A stretch of 64,000 nucleotides of DNA from an uncultured virus (IMG/VR IMGVR_UViG_3300022602_000034) (IMGVR_UViG_3300022602_000034), one strand, 5' to 3'; positions 18,521 to 29,190 are shown, numbered from the stretch's first letter. The notes: generated by a model not told the origin, from the letters alone. Numbers and translations: made by a program.

Positions 18521-19503
18521 AAACTGTACTCATTGTAACTGATAACTTAAAGGATCAGATTAATGGCGTTGTCACAACATATAAAAACATTGAAGCGTGT
18601 GCGCTTTTGGACGGTTATAACTTTGTATATGTTGATCCCGGGCGGTTCGGCTACATTGATTGCCCTAAGTATAACGAGGTCAAGATTGCCTATCCCCGGA
18701 AGATGGGCCAGATACTTAAGGAGATCAATCCGGATCATATCCACATCGCCACAGAGGGTCCTCTCGGTCTGTACGCTAGAAGGTATCTTTCATTGGTTGG
18801 CAGGAGCTATAATACTGCTTATCATACCCGTTTTCCTGAAGGTATAAAAAAGATATTAGGCGTACCTGAATCTATTACATGGAAGTATGTCAAGTGGTTT
18901 CATGCTAAGTCAAAAAAGATATTGACTACAACTGACACAATGGTTCGTGAATTAAAAGACAAAGGCTTCAAGGGCGAAGTTATACCCTGGACGCGAGGTG
19001 TTGATAGAAGTATATTTCATCCCGGTGATAGTGAACTAAGCAAACGAATGATTTTGGTATGTGTTAGTCGTGTTAGTAAAGAAAAGAACCTAGAACAATT
19101 CTTTGAATTAGATATGCCGGGTGCTCGTAAGATTATGGTAGGTGATGGACCTATGCGTAAAGAATATGAAGCCAGATATTCTGATGTAGAGTTTGTTGGA
19201 TTTAAAACAGGACATGAGTTAGCAGATTATTATAGAATGGCACATGTGTTTGTGTTCCCTAGTGTCTGGGAAACATTTGGTATAGTAATGATTGAAGCAA
19301 TGGCATGCGGTACACCTGTTGCGGCATTTCCTGCACCCGGACCTTTAGATGTAATTGATGAAGGTGTTACCGGTTGTATGCATGATAGCTTAAAATTTGC
19401 AGTAATGAACGCCTCATTATTAGATAGAACTAAAGTACTAGAAGGTAGTCAACGATGGAATTGGGAAAATGCGTGGTTGATTTTTAAAGAAAACCTAGTA
19501 TAA
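18517..19503 (+). CDS. GT4 family glycosyltransferase (Agt/MgtA-like)
   Basis: QINGVVTT, HIATEGPLG, YHTRFPE, RVSKEKN and ETFGIVMIEAMACGTPV motifs. Confidence 0.9.
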   Translation: MKTVLIVTDNLKDQINGVVTTYKNIEACALLDGYNFVYVDPGRFGYIDCPKYNEVKIAYPRKMGQILKEINPDHIHIATEGPLGLYARRYLSLVGRSYNTAYHTRFPEGIKKILGVPESITWKYVKWFHAKSKKILTTTDTMVRELKDKGFKGEVIPWTRGVDRSIFHPGDSELSKRMILVCVSRVSKEKNLEQFFELDMPGARKIMVGDGPMRKEYEARYSDVEFVGFKTGHELADYYRMAHVFVFPSVWETFGIVMIEAMACGTPVAAFPAPGPLDVIDEGVTGCMHDSLKFAVMNASLLDRTKVLEGSQRWNWENAWLIFKENLV

Positions 19504-19510
19504 ATACTAG

Positions 19511-19846
19511 ATGCGTATTAATGAAATTATCAATGAGGCAGCAGTCGGAACTATCCTAACTAAAAATTTAGAGATTGTAGTAGATGACCATGCGTTGGAA
19601 CGAGCACAAGAGCGAGGTGTTCACCCACCTGCAGTTGATTATATTATCAGAAAACAATTACCCAAAGTTATACACAAACTTGAAAAAATTGAATTGGGTG
19701 AAAAATTTTGGGTTTACGACTGGTCTACTGAAACTTCTTTGGGACTACGTAGGATCAGTTCTACCCATTTAAAATTTGTTTTAAAAACTGTTTACTACGG
19801 TAAAGCAAGCAAAACACCCGGAATAGAAAAAGTCATCCAGACTTGA
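19511..19846 (+). CDS. hypothetical protein with an MRINEIINE leader; possible internal head protein
   Basis: TATAAATA ends 4 nt before the ATG; HALERAQERG motif. Confidence 0.55.
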   Translation: MRINEIINEAAVGTILTKNLEIVVDDHALERAQERGVHPPAVDYIIRKQLPKVIHKLEKIELGEKFWVYDWSTETSLGLRRISSTHLKFVLKTVYYGKASKTPGIEKVIQT

Positions 19847-19967
19847 TTTGCTCAAAACATTTTTATTTCATCCAATAAAGTGATACACTAAATACATTGC
19901 TAGAAGGTCTAGCAACCAACACTCTTTAAATAATATGGTCTTAGAGTGTGACCAGTAAAGGAAACAA

Positions 19968-20768
19968 ATGATGTATCAATCAAAGCTCGTGACGAGCCTA
20001 AAAGCCAATGGTAAAATTCTCCGCGAATTTAAAGACACTGTATTCGTTAACTTCGGATCTGAATACACAGTGTATATGAAAAACCTCAACACAAAACGAG
20101 CATTAGTCAATGTATTCATTGACGGTGAAGACATGACCCCTGGTGGCATTGTTCTCAATGCAGGTCAAGAGATTGACTTGGAACGCTCAATCAAAAACGG
20201 CAATCTACGTGAAGGTAACAAGTTCAAGTTCATTGAACGTACCGGCGCAATTGAAAATCATCGCGGTATCAAACTAGAAGACGGATTAGTTCGTGTTGAA
20301 TATCAGTTTGAACTATATGATATGAATCAATTCTTTCACTCTAACCAAATAATGCAAAAATATTACCGAGGAATCGGTGGTTCAACCGGTGATTGGGCTG
20401 GTCCAATGGGTACAACGTACAGTGCGACTAATATCAGTGGCAGTGCATCAATGGATAGTAGTTGGATCACTGCATCAGGTGCAAGTCTTAACCCAGTGCA
20501 AGCACAATCAATGCCAGCTAATGATGTTGGTATCACAGTAGCAGGTAGTAAGAGTACACAATCTTTTACAACAACTACAATAGGTACACTGGAGATTGAA
20601 AAGCATTCTATTGTTTTGAAATTGCTAGGTGAGACACCAGACAACAAGCCTGTATTACAACCCGTCAATGTCAAGATGAAACCAAAGTGTACTACTTGCG
20701 GTAAACAAAACAAAGCAACAGCAAAGTTTTGCACTGAGTGTGGCACATCACTTGAAATCTTTGCATGA
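19968..20768 (+). CDS. hypothetical protein with a C-terminal zinc ribbon
   Basis: CTTCG...FCTECG. Confidence 0.7.
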   Translation: MMYQSKLVTSLKANGKILREFKDTVFVNFGSEYTVYMKNLNTKRALVNVFIDGEDMTPGGIVLNAGQEIDLERSIKNGNLREGNKFKFIERTGAIENHRGIKLEDGLVRVEYQFELYDMNQFFHSNQIMQKYYRGIGGSTGDWAGPMGTTYSATNISGSASMDSSWITASGASLNPVQAQSMPANDVGITVAGSKSTQSFTTTTIGTLEIEKHSIVLKLLGETPDNKPVLQPVNVKMKPKCTTCGKQNKATAKFCTECGTSLEIFA

Positions 20769-21019
20769 AAATAGAAACATCACTAGACTGGGCTGAGGTC
20801 AAATCTAAACTGATTAGTCAGATTACTAAAGTTGACTATCACCCAGACTTTGGTAAGATGGTTGCTAACATAAGCAAGTTAGTTGACGAGTTGAGTATAT
20901 TAGAAGTTAATGCAAGACGTATTAACAAAACTACATATACTCAACCTAAAGTTGACAAAATCAATAAAGCAATAGACCACTTAGAAAAGTTATTGTTGAT
21001 TGCTCAATTGATGAATTAG
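20765..21019 (+). CDS. hypothetical helical protein
   Basis: 84-aa ORF with ATGA overlap. Confidence 0.6.
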   Translation: MKIETSLDWAEVKSKLISQITKVDYHPDFGKMVANISKLVDELSILEVNARRINKTTYTQPKVDKINKAIDHLEKLLLIAQLMN

Positions 21020-22605
21020 AAACTAGTTACTGATGTTGATATTGATACTGTAGATAGTGAAGGCGATGTGTTTGCACCAGAAACACTACTACCACCTGCA
21101 CTTATTGTACCTCCACCTGCAGTGTTATTTGGTGTGAATGAGGTAAATGTGTTTGTTGCCGATGCATATGTATATCCACTAATAGTAGGTTGTGCTCCGC
21201 TGGCAGGTAATTTAAAGATGCTACCTCCTCCAGTACACAAATAGAAGTATGTGGTATCATTAACTCCGGTGTACACTTCATAGGAACTGTCAAATGCTGT
21301 AACACTACTCAGAACATTTTTCCATAAAACGTTTCCGCTTGTATCCATTTTTATAATAATACATGCCCCGGTACCCACTGAGTACTGATATCCTGCAAGA
21401 TAAATTACTGTTTGTGATTTTGAGTAATGCACAGTAGCTACAAACATGTCGGCAATTGTGTAAGCCCAATTTGTAGTAGAACCTGAAGCACTAAGACTGA
21501 TAATTGTTGATCCATTCGTTATGTAAGTACACCTACCACCAATAATCACATTGGCGTTATTATCTATATCTATTGCTTCTGGGACCAAGTATGTTGTAGC
21601 AGTGGGTGCTGAGATTTGTCTTTCCCAATTAGTAGAACCGCTGGAACTAAAATTAAATATCACAAAACCGTTACCTGGGTTATTTGCAAAACTCTCAACT
21701 CCAAAATAGGTATTTGATTCACGCTGACATACTGAATACGCATATTCACCAGCTAAGCCTGTAATCTGTTTTTGCCATGACAATGCACCTGCGGTTGTAA
21801 ATTTATGAACAGTTGGGTTAGTTGATACAGTTATTACTGCAGGACCAGTGTGATCTGCTGACATAGAATAATAATCACCTGAGGTTCCTAATAATGAAGT
21901 AGGTGTAATTCTAACATGCCATGCTAGTGTAGCACTACTGCCACTATTGTTCAATTTAATTATATCTGAATATGAAAATGTACTGTTTGGACCAGTGGCT
22001 GCTTGAACATATACTGCGGCAGTATTAGGTGTGCTACTATTTGTTCTTTCAAGTGCAACAGTTTCTGGCCAATAATCAGTATACGCTGGATAATTATATG
22101 CAAAATTTACTGCACCTGCAGAAGTGAATGACTGCGTATACCACCCAGTATAAGCTGAGTTTCCACTGGTAGCTAAAATATTGTTTGCACTATCTACTGC
22201 AATAGACACTATACGAGGTGCGGATGTAGTAACAGCAGCCACCCATCCTTGTGATATAGGTGTAATGGAACTACTCTGTGTACTGTTTGCACTGTTGCCC
22301 ACACTGTTAGTGGCATATACCACAAATGTGTATGCTGTACCAGTTGTTAATCCAGTTACGGTTACTGAACCAGAACCCGATTGAGTGACTGTTGCAGTTA
22401 AACCATTGGGACTACTAACCGCAGTATAACTTATAATAGGTGAACCACCGTTACTGCTTGGTGCGGTAAAGTTTACAGTAACGCTAGTAGGTGATGCTTC
22501 AGTAACACTAGTAATACTAGGTGCCCCTGGCACAGTTGCCGATGATACTAATGTTACTGCAATTGATTCGGGACCAAACACAGATCCAATACTAGTTATA
22601 AACAT
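21016..22605 (-). CDS. fibronectin type III plus beta-propeller-like virion protein
   Basis: VPGAP...NGGSPIISY...GLTTGTAYTFVVYATNSVG (Fn3), then repeated D..GN..W blades. Confidence 0.7.
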   Translation of the reverse strand: MFITSIGSVFGPESIAVTLVSSATVPGAPSITSVTEASPTSVTVNFTAPSSNGGSPIISYTAVSSPNGLTATVTQSGSGSVTVTGLTTGTAYTFVVYATNSVGNSANSTQSSSITPISQGWVAAVTTSAPRIVSIAVDSANNILATSGNSAYTGWYTQSFTSAGAVNFAYNYPAYTDYWPETVALERTNSSTPNTAAVYVQAATGPNSTFSYSDIIKLNNSGSSATLAWHVRITPTSLLGTSGDYYSMSADHTGPAVITVSTNPTVHKFTTAGALSWQKQITGLAGEYAYSVCQRESNTYFGVESFANNPGNGFVIFNFSSSGSTNWERQISAPTATTYLVPEAIDIDNNANVIIGGRCTYITNGSTIISLSASGSTTNWAYTIADMFVATVHYSKSQTVIYLAGYQYSVGTGACIIIKMDTSGNVLWKNVLSSVTAFDSSYEVYTGVNDTTYFYLCTGGGSIFKLPASGAQPTISGYTYASATNTFTSFTPNNTAGGGTISAGGSSVSGANTSPSLSTVSISTSVTSF

Positions 22606-22611
22606 TATATT

Positions 22612-24837
22612 TTATCCAAATGAGTTATAAGAACCGTATGCCTGCCAAGTACCACCTGATGTTCTTAATAAAGCAAATGTCTGTATTTCATATCTACTTG
22701 CAGTTGGTGTTGGTGCAGTTGCGTTTGGCCAATAGATAGTAGTTGCTGAGCCGTTAATTTGTAATGCATTAGCAAAATACGGAGTACTACCTTGATTTAA
22801 GAATAATGAAACAGAAATTACTTGACTATTAGTAGTTGGTACGTTTTGCAAGTTTGCTGTAAAGTTCGCAGAAATACCCGTGTGTATAAACACCGCACCG
22901 GTTGAGATATCATGGTTAACTGTACCTGTTGCACTAGTTTTTGTATTAAGTGTTTCAGTTGCTTGTTGAATACTCAACCAACCTGTTGTAGATAAGTTAC
23001 CAGTAAATACGCCAATTGAAGAACCAATGTTACCAACGTTAGCGTTAGCGGTTACAGCTAAACTACTTAATGTACCAACACTTGTTATGTTAGGTTGTGC
23101 AGCGGTTGTTAATACACCCTGGTGATAATTAGCAACTACTAAATTACCTAAACTAGCATTAGATGCAGTAATATTACCAGTACCACCGGTCCCTACAGAT
23201 AAGTTACCAGTGACACCTATATCACCTGCATGACTATTATAATATGTGCTGATTGCATTAGTTCCAGTTGAATCTTGTATGTTTGCAACCTTAACATAAT
23301 TAGTAACATTTAAGTTAGTTAATGTACCGACACTAGTAATATTAGGTTGTGCATTTGTTGTTACTGTTCCTGCAGTGCCAGCACTTGTTGCATAAGTTGC
23401 ATTAGCTACGGTACCGGTTACATTAGCACCATTAATACTTGTTAGTAGACTACCATCAGCAGTTATCTTGTGACTAAATGTGAAACTATTTGATGTAGAA
23501 TTATATAAGATGTTAGCACTTGCACCTGTTATTTTAATGCCAGCACCATTTGCTTGCACCGCGCTTGATGCATTATTTGCAAGTATGATATTGAGGTCAT
23601 TAGTAGTAATTGCAGTACTATTAATAGTTGTTTGAGTGCCGTTGACAACTAAGTTACCACCAACAGTAACATCGTTTGTAACACTCAAACTAGTTAATGT
23701 ACCAGTGCTAGTTATGTTAGGTTGTGCATTAGTTAGTACAGTTCCTGCATATAATGAGTAGTTTGCATTTGCGACGGTACCAGTTACGTTTGCACCGGTT
23801 ATTCCTGATAGTAGATAACCATTACCTGAATGGTAGTTAGCAATTACTAAGTTACCCAAATTAGCATTTGCAGCAGTAACGTTGCCGCTTAGTGTAACAA
23901 TGTTACCTGTAATGTTACCTGTATAAGTAGGTAGATAACTAGCAACATTTGAATTTGCATATGCTGCGGGAAGACCAGTCAGTTGACTTCCGTTACCAAT
24001 GAAATAAGTTGCAGTTGCATTACCACTAACTGATAGATTTGCACTTGAACCAGAAACTGCTAAATTACCCGAAACCAATGCATTGCTATTTAAATGTACG
24101 TTCCCACTTCCGTTACCGGCTAATGTTAGATCGCTATTGGTAGTTCTTGCGCCCACCTCATCAACATTAATTTGTTCAGCAAACACAATAGGATTTCCAT
24201 CACTGCTTGTGATGTTATTTCCGGCTTGAATTTGTAATGGTCCTTGAACTTGAATAACACCTGAACCCGCAGTGTTAAGTCTAATGCCACCTGATCCTGT
24301 TGTAATGATATCTAAACTTTGGTTAGTGCTGGCTGACACAACAATAGTACCTGCATTAGATTGCAACACAGCTTGTCCGTCAACATATAATGAACCAGGA
24401 CCAACATAGATATCTTTATAATAATATGTGCTTGTTCCTAGTGTATATGTGTTAGTGGTGATAGGTATGATATTGCCAGCTAGATTGACATTTTGTAGAT
24501 TAGCAGTACCTGTTACTACTAAATTAGAAGTAGATAATGTGTTGGTTGCACTATTGAATGTAAGATTACTGCTGGCACCAAATGAACCGGTATTGTTATA
24601 TTGAATTTGTGTATTTGATCCTGCCGGATTAGTTGAACCTCCACCGCCTCCACCTGAGACGGTTGAGAAACTTAGATTTCCTGCACCGTCTGTGACAATA
24701 GCTTGTCCACTACTACCACCTGTTATTTTGACGTTTCCTATGGATCCTAATTGACTTGTGCCATTAACTACGAGGTTAGCAAACGTAAAGGTTGCTGATC
24801 CATTAACGCTCGTGGGTTGTAAATTGGTAAATGACAT
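22612..24837 (-). CDS. tail fibre-like repetitive protein
   Basis: 741 aa, N/T/G/S-rich with AQPNITSVGTL repeats. Confidence 0.7.
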   Translation of the reverse strand: MSFTNLQPTSVNGSATFTFANLVVNGTSQLGSIGNVKITGGSSGQAIVTDGAGNLSFSTVSGGGGGGSTNPAGSNTQIQYNNTGSFGASSNLTFNSATNTLSTSNLVVTGTANLQNVNLAGNIIPITTNTYTLGTSTYYYKDIYVGPGSLYVDGQAVLQSNAGTIVVSASTNQSLDIITTGSGGIRLNTAGSGVIQVQGPLQIQAGNNITSSDGNPIVFAEQINVDEVGARTTNSDLTLAGNGSGNVHLNSNALVSGNLAVSGSSANLSVSGNATATYFIGNGSQLTGLPAAYANSNVASYLPTYTGNITGNIVTLSGNVTAANANLGNLVIANYHSGNGYLLSGITGANVTGTVANANYSLYAGTVLTNAQPNITSTGTLTSLSVTNDVTVGGNLVVNGTQTTINSTAITTNDLNIILANNASSAVQANGAGIKITGASANILYNSTSNSFTFSHKITADGSLLTSINGANVTGTVANATYATSAGTAGTVTTNAQPNITSVGTLTNLNVTNYVKVANIQDSTGTNAISTYYNSHAGDIGVTGNLSVGTGGTGNITASNASLGNLVVANYHQGVLTTAAQPNITSVGTLSSLAVTANANVGNIGSSIGVFTGNLSTTGWLSIQQATETLNTKTSATGTVNHDISTGAVFIHTGISANFTANLQNVPTTNSQVISVSLFLNQGSTPYFANALQINGSATTIYWPNATAPTPTASRYEIQTFALLRTSGGTWQAYGSYNSFG

Positions 24838-24876
24838 GTAATATTCCTGTACTTTTTATATTTATCTTAGAATAGA

Positions 24877-26019
24877 TTACATATCCGCAGTATTGGTACT
24901 TGGGAATTGTCGTGATTGTCCTGGCCAAATGATACGTACTGCACCACTTCCACCGCTATATAAGCCGCCTCCTCCCCCACCATAGCTGACACTTGAGCCT
25001 CCTGATCCCGGACCACCTGCTGTACCCTGAGCAGATGCACCTGAAACAAATGTTCCTTGAGTACCATTAGCTCCTTGTCCTTGCAACCCTACGCCGCCAC
25101 CATTGCCACCGTATGCAGCCGAAGTACCGTGACTGTTACCTCCACCTCCACCACTCCCGCCCGATGATGTTCCAGATGAACCTGCGCCGTTACCAGCAGC
25201 ACCGTCACCGCTATACCCACCAGCACCACCGCCGCCACCGGCATTATAATTAGTATTGCTTACGGTTTCTCCGCCGGCCCCTCCGTTGCCGCCGCCGTCA
25301 CCTACATAGCCACCACCTCCACCACCAGTTGCTTGAATGTTTGCTTGGTTATAGTCCCCACAATAACCACCGTATCCTACACAAGTAGAGGTATCTTTGA
25401 AATAACTACTACCTGACTCAGAACTAGATCCTTGACTCACACTAACTGATACGTTGGCCCCTACTACAACTGTAATGTTTTGTCCTGGAGTTACTGCATA
25501 ATTATTTTTGTATCCAAGGCCACCTCCGCCACCACCGCCTTTGTTAACGTACAACACGTTTCCGTAACCTCCGGCTCCGCCTGCACCTACACAAACGACA
25601 CTTACTGATGTGACTCCGGTAGGTACCGTGAATGTATAAGTTCCGTAAGTTGTGTAAGCAGTTTGTCCAGTAACTGTAGTTAATGAAATAGTAGTTGAAG
25701 TTGCAACTACTGTACCTGAAGTTGATCCTGTACGAAGTTGAATTTGAAAAGTTTCAGTAGTGCTATAATAAGCTGTAGTTGTGATTGAGAATGAACCAGT
25801 AGAACTAGTCACAGTAAATGATCCACTTGCTGCACTAAAATTAGTGTTGCTTGTTGTACCATTTAAAATAGTCCAATACAATGTAGTACCATCCGAAACA
25901 TTTCCAGTAGAAATATTGTATGTATATGTGTTTGCCCCGTATACAGTTGTAGTAGGACTTACAAATGTGTAAGTAGCACCCGTATTAGTAAACAAACTTA
26001 CACCAGCTGCGCCTAACAT
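24877..26019 (-). CDS. glycine-rich domain virion protein
   Basis: TFTVPTGVTSVSVVCVGAGG...GGSGAVRIIW motif. Confidence 0.7.
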   Translation of the reverse strand: MLGAAGVSLFTNTGATYTFVSPTTTVYGANTYTYNISTGNVSDGTTLYWTILNGTTSNTNFSAASGSFTVTSSTGSFSITTTAYYSTTETFQIQLRTGSTSGTVVATSTTISLTTVTGQTAYTTYGTYTFTVPTGVTSVSVVCVGAGGAGGYGNVLYVNKGGGGGGGLGYKNNYAVTPGQNITVVVGANVSVSVSQGSSSESGSSYFKDTSTCVGYGGYCGDYNQANIQATGGGGGGYVGDGGGNGGAGGETVSNTNYNAGGGGGAGGYSGDGAAGNGAGSSGTSSGGSGGGGGNSHGTSAAYGGNGGGVGLQGQGANGTQGTFVSGASAQGTAGGPGSGGSSVSYGGGGGGLYSGGSGAVRIIWPGQSRQFPSTNTADM

Positions 26020-27938
26020 TATGCAAATCCTTTTGCTAACGAAGCGTAATAGTTGGTTCCATCGTAGAATACACTAATGATATCAATTGAACTAGCAGCA
26101 GTGCTTAGTGTTTTAATACCACCGGCAAACTTCATAGTTGATGTAAGAGTTCTTGAACCAGTTGCATCTTGTGTAATAATCACAACCACGCTTGTTCCTG
26201 CTACAGCACTTGTTAAACCATTAAATGTGAAGTTATTATTTGCAGTATAGTTAAAGATTGTACCTGTTGCTACATTAGGAGAAATAGAAGTGCTTGTGTT
26301 GCCACCTGCAATTACAGTCTCATTATATTTCAACAGTGAGAAGTTAGCATTGGTTGCATTCAAGTTTACAATAGTACCAACACTTGTGATGTTTGGCTGT
26401 ACCGCAGTCGTCAATGTACCAGTGTGATATGTTGCACTTACTAAGTTGGCACCGGTAAGTTGTGAACCGGTGCCACTCATTGTTATGTTACCGTTGCTGA
26501 TTAGTGTTAATCCGCTAAATGAAGTACTAACACTAGTAATGTTTGGTTGAGCACCTGTTGTCAATGTACCGGTTAAGTTAGTAGCAGATAAGTTACCAGT
26601 ACCACCTGTACCTACTGATAAGTTACCAGTGACACCTATATCACCTGCATGACTATTATAATATGTGCTAATTGCATTAGTGCCTGTGCTATCTTGGATG
26701 TTTGCAACTTTAACATAGTTAGTCACATTCAAGTTTGTCAATGTACCAACGCTTGTAATATTAGGTTGAGCACCTGTTGTCAATGTACCAGTGTGATATG
26801 TTGCACTTACTAAGTTAGCACCTGTGATTTGAGAACCAGTACCACTTAATGTAATATTACCATTAGCAACTAAAGTTAATCCACTAAATGAAGTACTAAC
26901 ACTAGTAATATTAGGTTGAGCACCTGTTGTCAATGTACCGGTTAGATAACTAGCACTAACTAAGTTAGCACCTGATATCTGAGATACTGATCCAGTAGAT
27001 GATATGTTGGCATTAGCAACTAAAGTTAATCCACTAAATGAAGTACTAACACTAGTGATATTAGGTTGAGCAGCAACAACAACTGTATTAGCAATGTTTG
27101 CATTAGGTGCCCAACCTGTAATATTTGCACCAGTGATTGATGTTAATAGTGACCCGTTGCCAGTGAAATAGTTTGCAGTTACTAAGTTACCTAAAGTAGC
27201 GTTGCCTGAAGTAATATTTGCACCGCTAGTTATATTACCAGTTACATTTAAGTTAGCTAGTGTACCTACACTGGTGATGTTTGGTTGAGCATTTGTAGTC
27301 AAAACACCAGTAAAGTAATTGGCACTGACTAAATTACCACCTGTTAGTGAGTTTGCACCACCTAATGTAGTGTTAATTAAAGTACCTACACTAGTGATGT
27401 TTGGTTGTGCTTGCGTAGTTAATGTACCGGTAAAATAGTTTGATGTGACTAAATTACCTAAACTAGCATTACCTGCAGTGACATTACCTGTGCCTGTGTT
27501 CAAATTACCAGCTACGTTTACACTATTGGTTGTGACAATTAATACATTGCTAGTTCCACCGACACTTACAGCAACATTCCCACCGCTACTAGTAACTGCA
27601 ACGTTGCTGGTTCCATTACTAATAGCAGTTGAATTGATTGTTGCCCAACTCAACCCACCGGCACCGTTGGTTTGAAGATATTGACCGCTGGAACCACCGG
27701 TAATAGTAACATTGCCTACTGCGCTTAAGTTAGATAACCCATTGACATTTAAACTACCTAATGTACCTAAACTTGTAATATTGGGCTGTGCGGAAGCAGT
27801 TACAGTACCTACACTAGTAATACCGCTGTTGATAGTAGTATAAACACGATTCCACACACTGTTGGCAGAATCATATTGAAAAACGGTTCCATTTATTGTT
27901 GTTTGTTGTCCATTTGAGGGGCTTACAGGCCATGCCAT
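26019..27938 (-). CDS. tail fibre-like repetitive protein
   Basis: MAWPVSPSNGQ start, many AQPNITSV repeats, C-terminal TQDATGSR...DIISVFYDGTNYY. Confidence 0.7.
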   Translation of the reverse strand: MAWPVSPSNGQQTTINGTVFQYDSANSVWNRVYTTINSGITSVGTVTASAQPNITSLGTLGSLNVNGLSNLSAVGNVTITGGSSGQYLQTNGAGGLSWATINSTAISNGTSNVAVTSSGGNVAVSVGGTSNVLIVTTNSVNVAGNLNTGTGNVTAGNASLGNLVTSNYFTGTLTTQAQPNITSVGTLINTTLGGANSLTGGNLVSANYFTGVLTTNAQPNITSVGTLANLNVTGNITSGANITSGNATLGNLVTANYFTGNGSLLTSITGANITGWAPNANIANTVVVAAQPNITSVSTSFSGLTLVANANISSTGSVSQISGANLVSASYLTGTLTTGAQPNITSVSTSFSGLTLVANGNITLSGTGSQITGANLVSATYHTGTLTTGAQPNITSVGTLTNLNVTNYVKVANIQDSTGTNAISTYYNSHAGDIGVTGNLSVGTGGTGNLSATNLTGTLTTGAQPNITSVSTSFSGLTLISNGNITMSGTGSQLTGANLVSATYHTGTLTTAVQPNITSVGTIVNLNATNANFSLLKYNETVIAGGNTSTSISPNVATGTIFNYTANNNFTFNGLTSAVAGTSVVVIITQDATGSRTLTSTMKFAGGIKTLSTAASSIDIISVFYDGTNYYASLAKGFA

Positions 27939-27977
27939 AGTGAAATTCCTTAGTACTTTTGTATTTAGCTCAAAAGG

Positions 27978-28006
27978 TTGACACTAATGCCCAAACATAG
28001 TATAAT
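27978..28006 (+). promoter_or_regulatory. sigma70-type early promoter
   Basis: TTGACA-17 nt-TATAAT. Confidence 0.8.
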
Positions 28007-28012
28007 ATGGTT

Positions 28013-28755
28013 ATGTTAAGAGAACACTTACTCAATCGTCATTTAGACTTAGAACTGCATCGTCCTATGCTAGACGAAGATGAGGGTGTGGCTACATTTT
28101 ACTTGTATAACTTGAGTGGTCAACTAGTTGGCTATCAAAAATATAGACCTGCAGGCGAGAAAAAGCCCAGCAACAATCCCAAGCTAGGTAAGTATTATAC
28201 ATACAGAAAGCAACCCACATTGGCAGTTTGGGGTGTTGAAAGTTTACATTTAACCCCACATGTTGTATTTTTGACAGAGGGCTTGTTTGACGCCGCAAGA
28301 TTGACAAGTCGCGGTGTTAGTGCTTTAGCAGTACTAAGTAACAACCCCAGTCCTGACTTACGCAACTGGCTTACTTGTTTGAATAGAAAAGTTGTTGCAG
28401 TTTGTGACAACGATGCCGCAGGTCGTAAACTAGCAAAGTTTGGCGATGTTGCAGTCTATACAGACNNNNNNNNNNNNNNNNNNNNNNNNNNNNNNNNNNN
28501 NNNNNNNNNNNNNNNNNNNNNNNNNNNNNNNNNNNNNNNNNNNNNNNNNNNNNNNNNNNNNNNNNTAACAACCCCAGTCCTGACTTACGCAACTGGCTTA
28601 CTTGTTTGAATAGAAAAGTTGTTGCAGTTTGTGACAACGATGCCGCAGGTCGTAAACTAGCAAAGTTTGGCGATGTTGCAGTCTATACAGACAAAAAAGA
28701 TTTGGGTGACAGTAGTGAGGAATATGTTACCAATCTATTAAAGGAGTTCGTATGA
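28013..28755 (+). CDS. Toprim-domain primase-like protein (spans the scaffold gap)
   Basis: FLTEGLFDA and VAVCDNDAAG motifs; collapsing the duplicated 127-bp flank gives the end ...VYTDKKDLGDSSEEYVTNLLKEFV*. Confidence 0.7.
28339..28692. other. scaffold gap (100 N) with a 127-bp duplicated flank; assembly artefact
   Basis: 28339-28465 is identical to 28566-28692. Confidence 0.9.
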
Positions 28756-29138
28756 ATTTGACAAAGTACGGTAAGTACAAATTACAGAATAAACTAGCAC
28801 TATATAAAGTAGATAAGGACTTTGCTGACCCTATCTACAATTACCTTGTGCATGGGTTCAATCCCGGGTCATTTTTCACAAGTGTGTTAGCCAATGACTT
28901 CATGGATGCTATATCACGTTCACATCCTTCGAACACAATTCTTGCATTGAAAAATTTAGTGTGTTTCATTGTCAACGAAATGCCTCACGGAATCACACAT
29001 GGTTCTTATGAAGTAGTTGACGCATGGACAAAGTTGTCTACTGAGGAACGTAGGAAAGTATTAGAAGAATGTAGACTAATCTTTACTGAAAAAGAAGAAA
29101 TTATAAAGGTTCTAAAAGATGAGCCGTTAAGCATTTAG
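28752..29138 (+). CDS. hypothetical protein
   Basis: 128 aa, SD AAGGAG, YLVHGFNPGSFF motif. Confidence 0.65.
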   Translation: MNLTKYGKYKLQNKLALYKVDKDFADPIYNYLVHGFNPGSFFTSVLANDFMDAISRSHPSNTILALKNLVCFIVNEMPHGITHGSYEVVDAWTKLSTEERRKVLEECRLIFTEKEEIIKVLKDEPLSI

Positions 29139-29155
29139 TACTACAAAAATAAAAG

Positions 29156-29184
29156 TTGACAATAAATCCAACACCTGCTATACT
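29156..29184 (+). promoter_or_regulatory. sigma70-type early promoter
   Basis: TTGACA-ATAAATC...-TATACT with a 17-nt spacer; ATG 7 nt downstream. Confidence 0.8.
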
Positions 29185-29190
29185 TACAGT

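Noticed and set aside
28339..28692. 127-bp direct repeat flanking the N-run
   Set aside because: Exact duplication around a 100-N scaffold gap; its length equals a common assembler k-mer, and collapsing it restores one ORF
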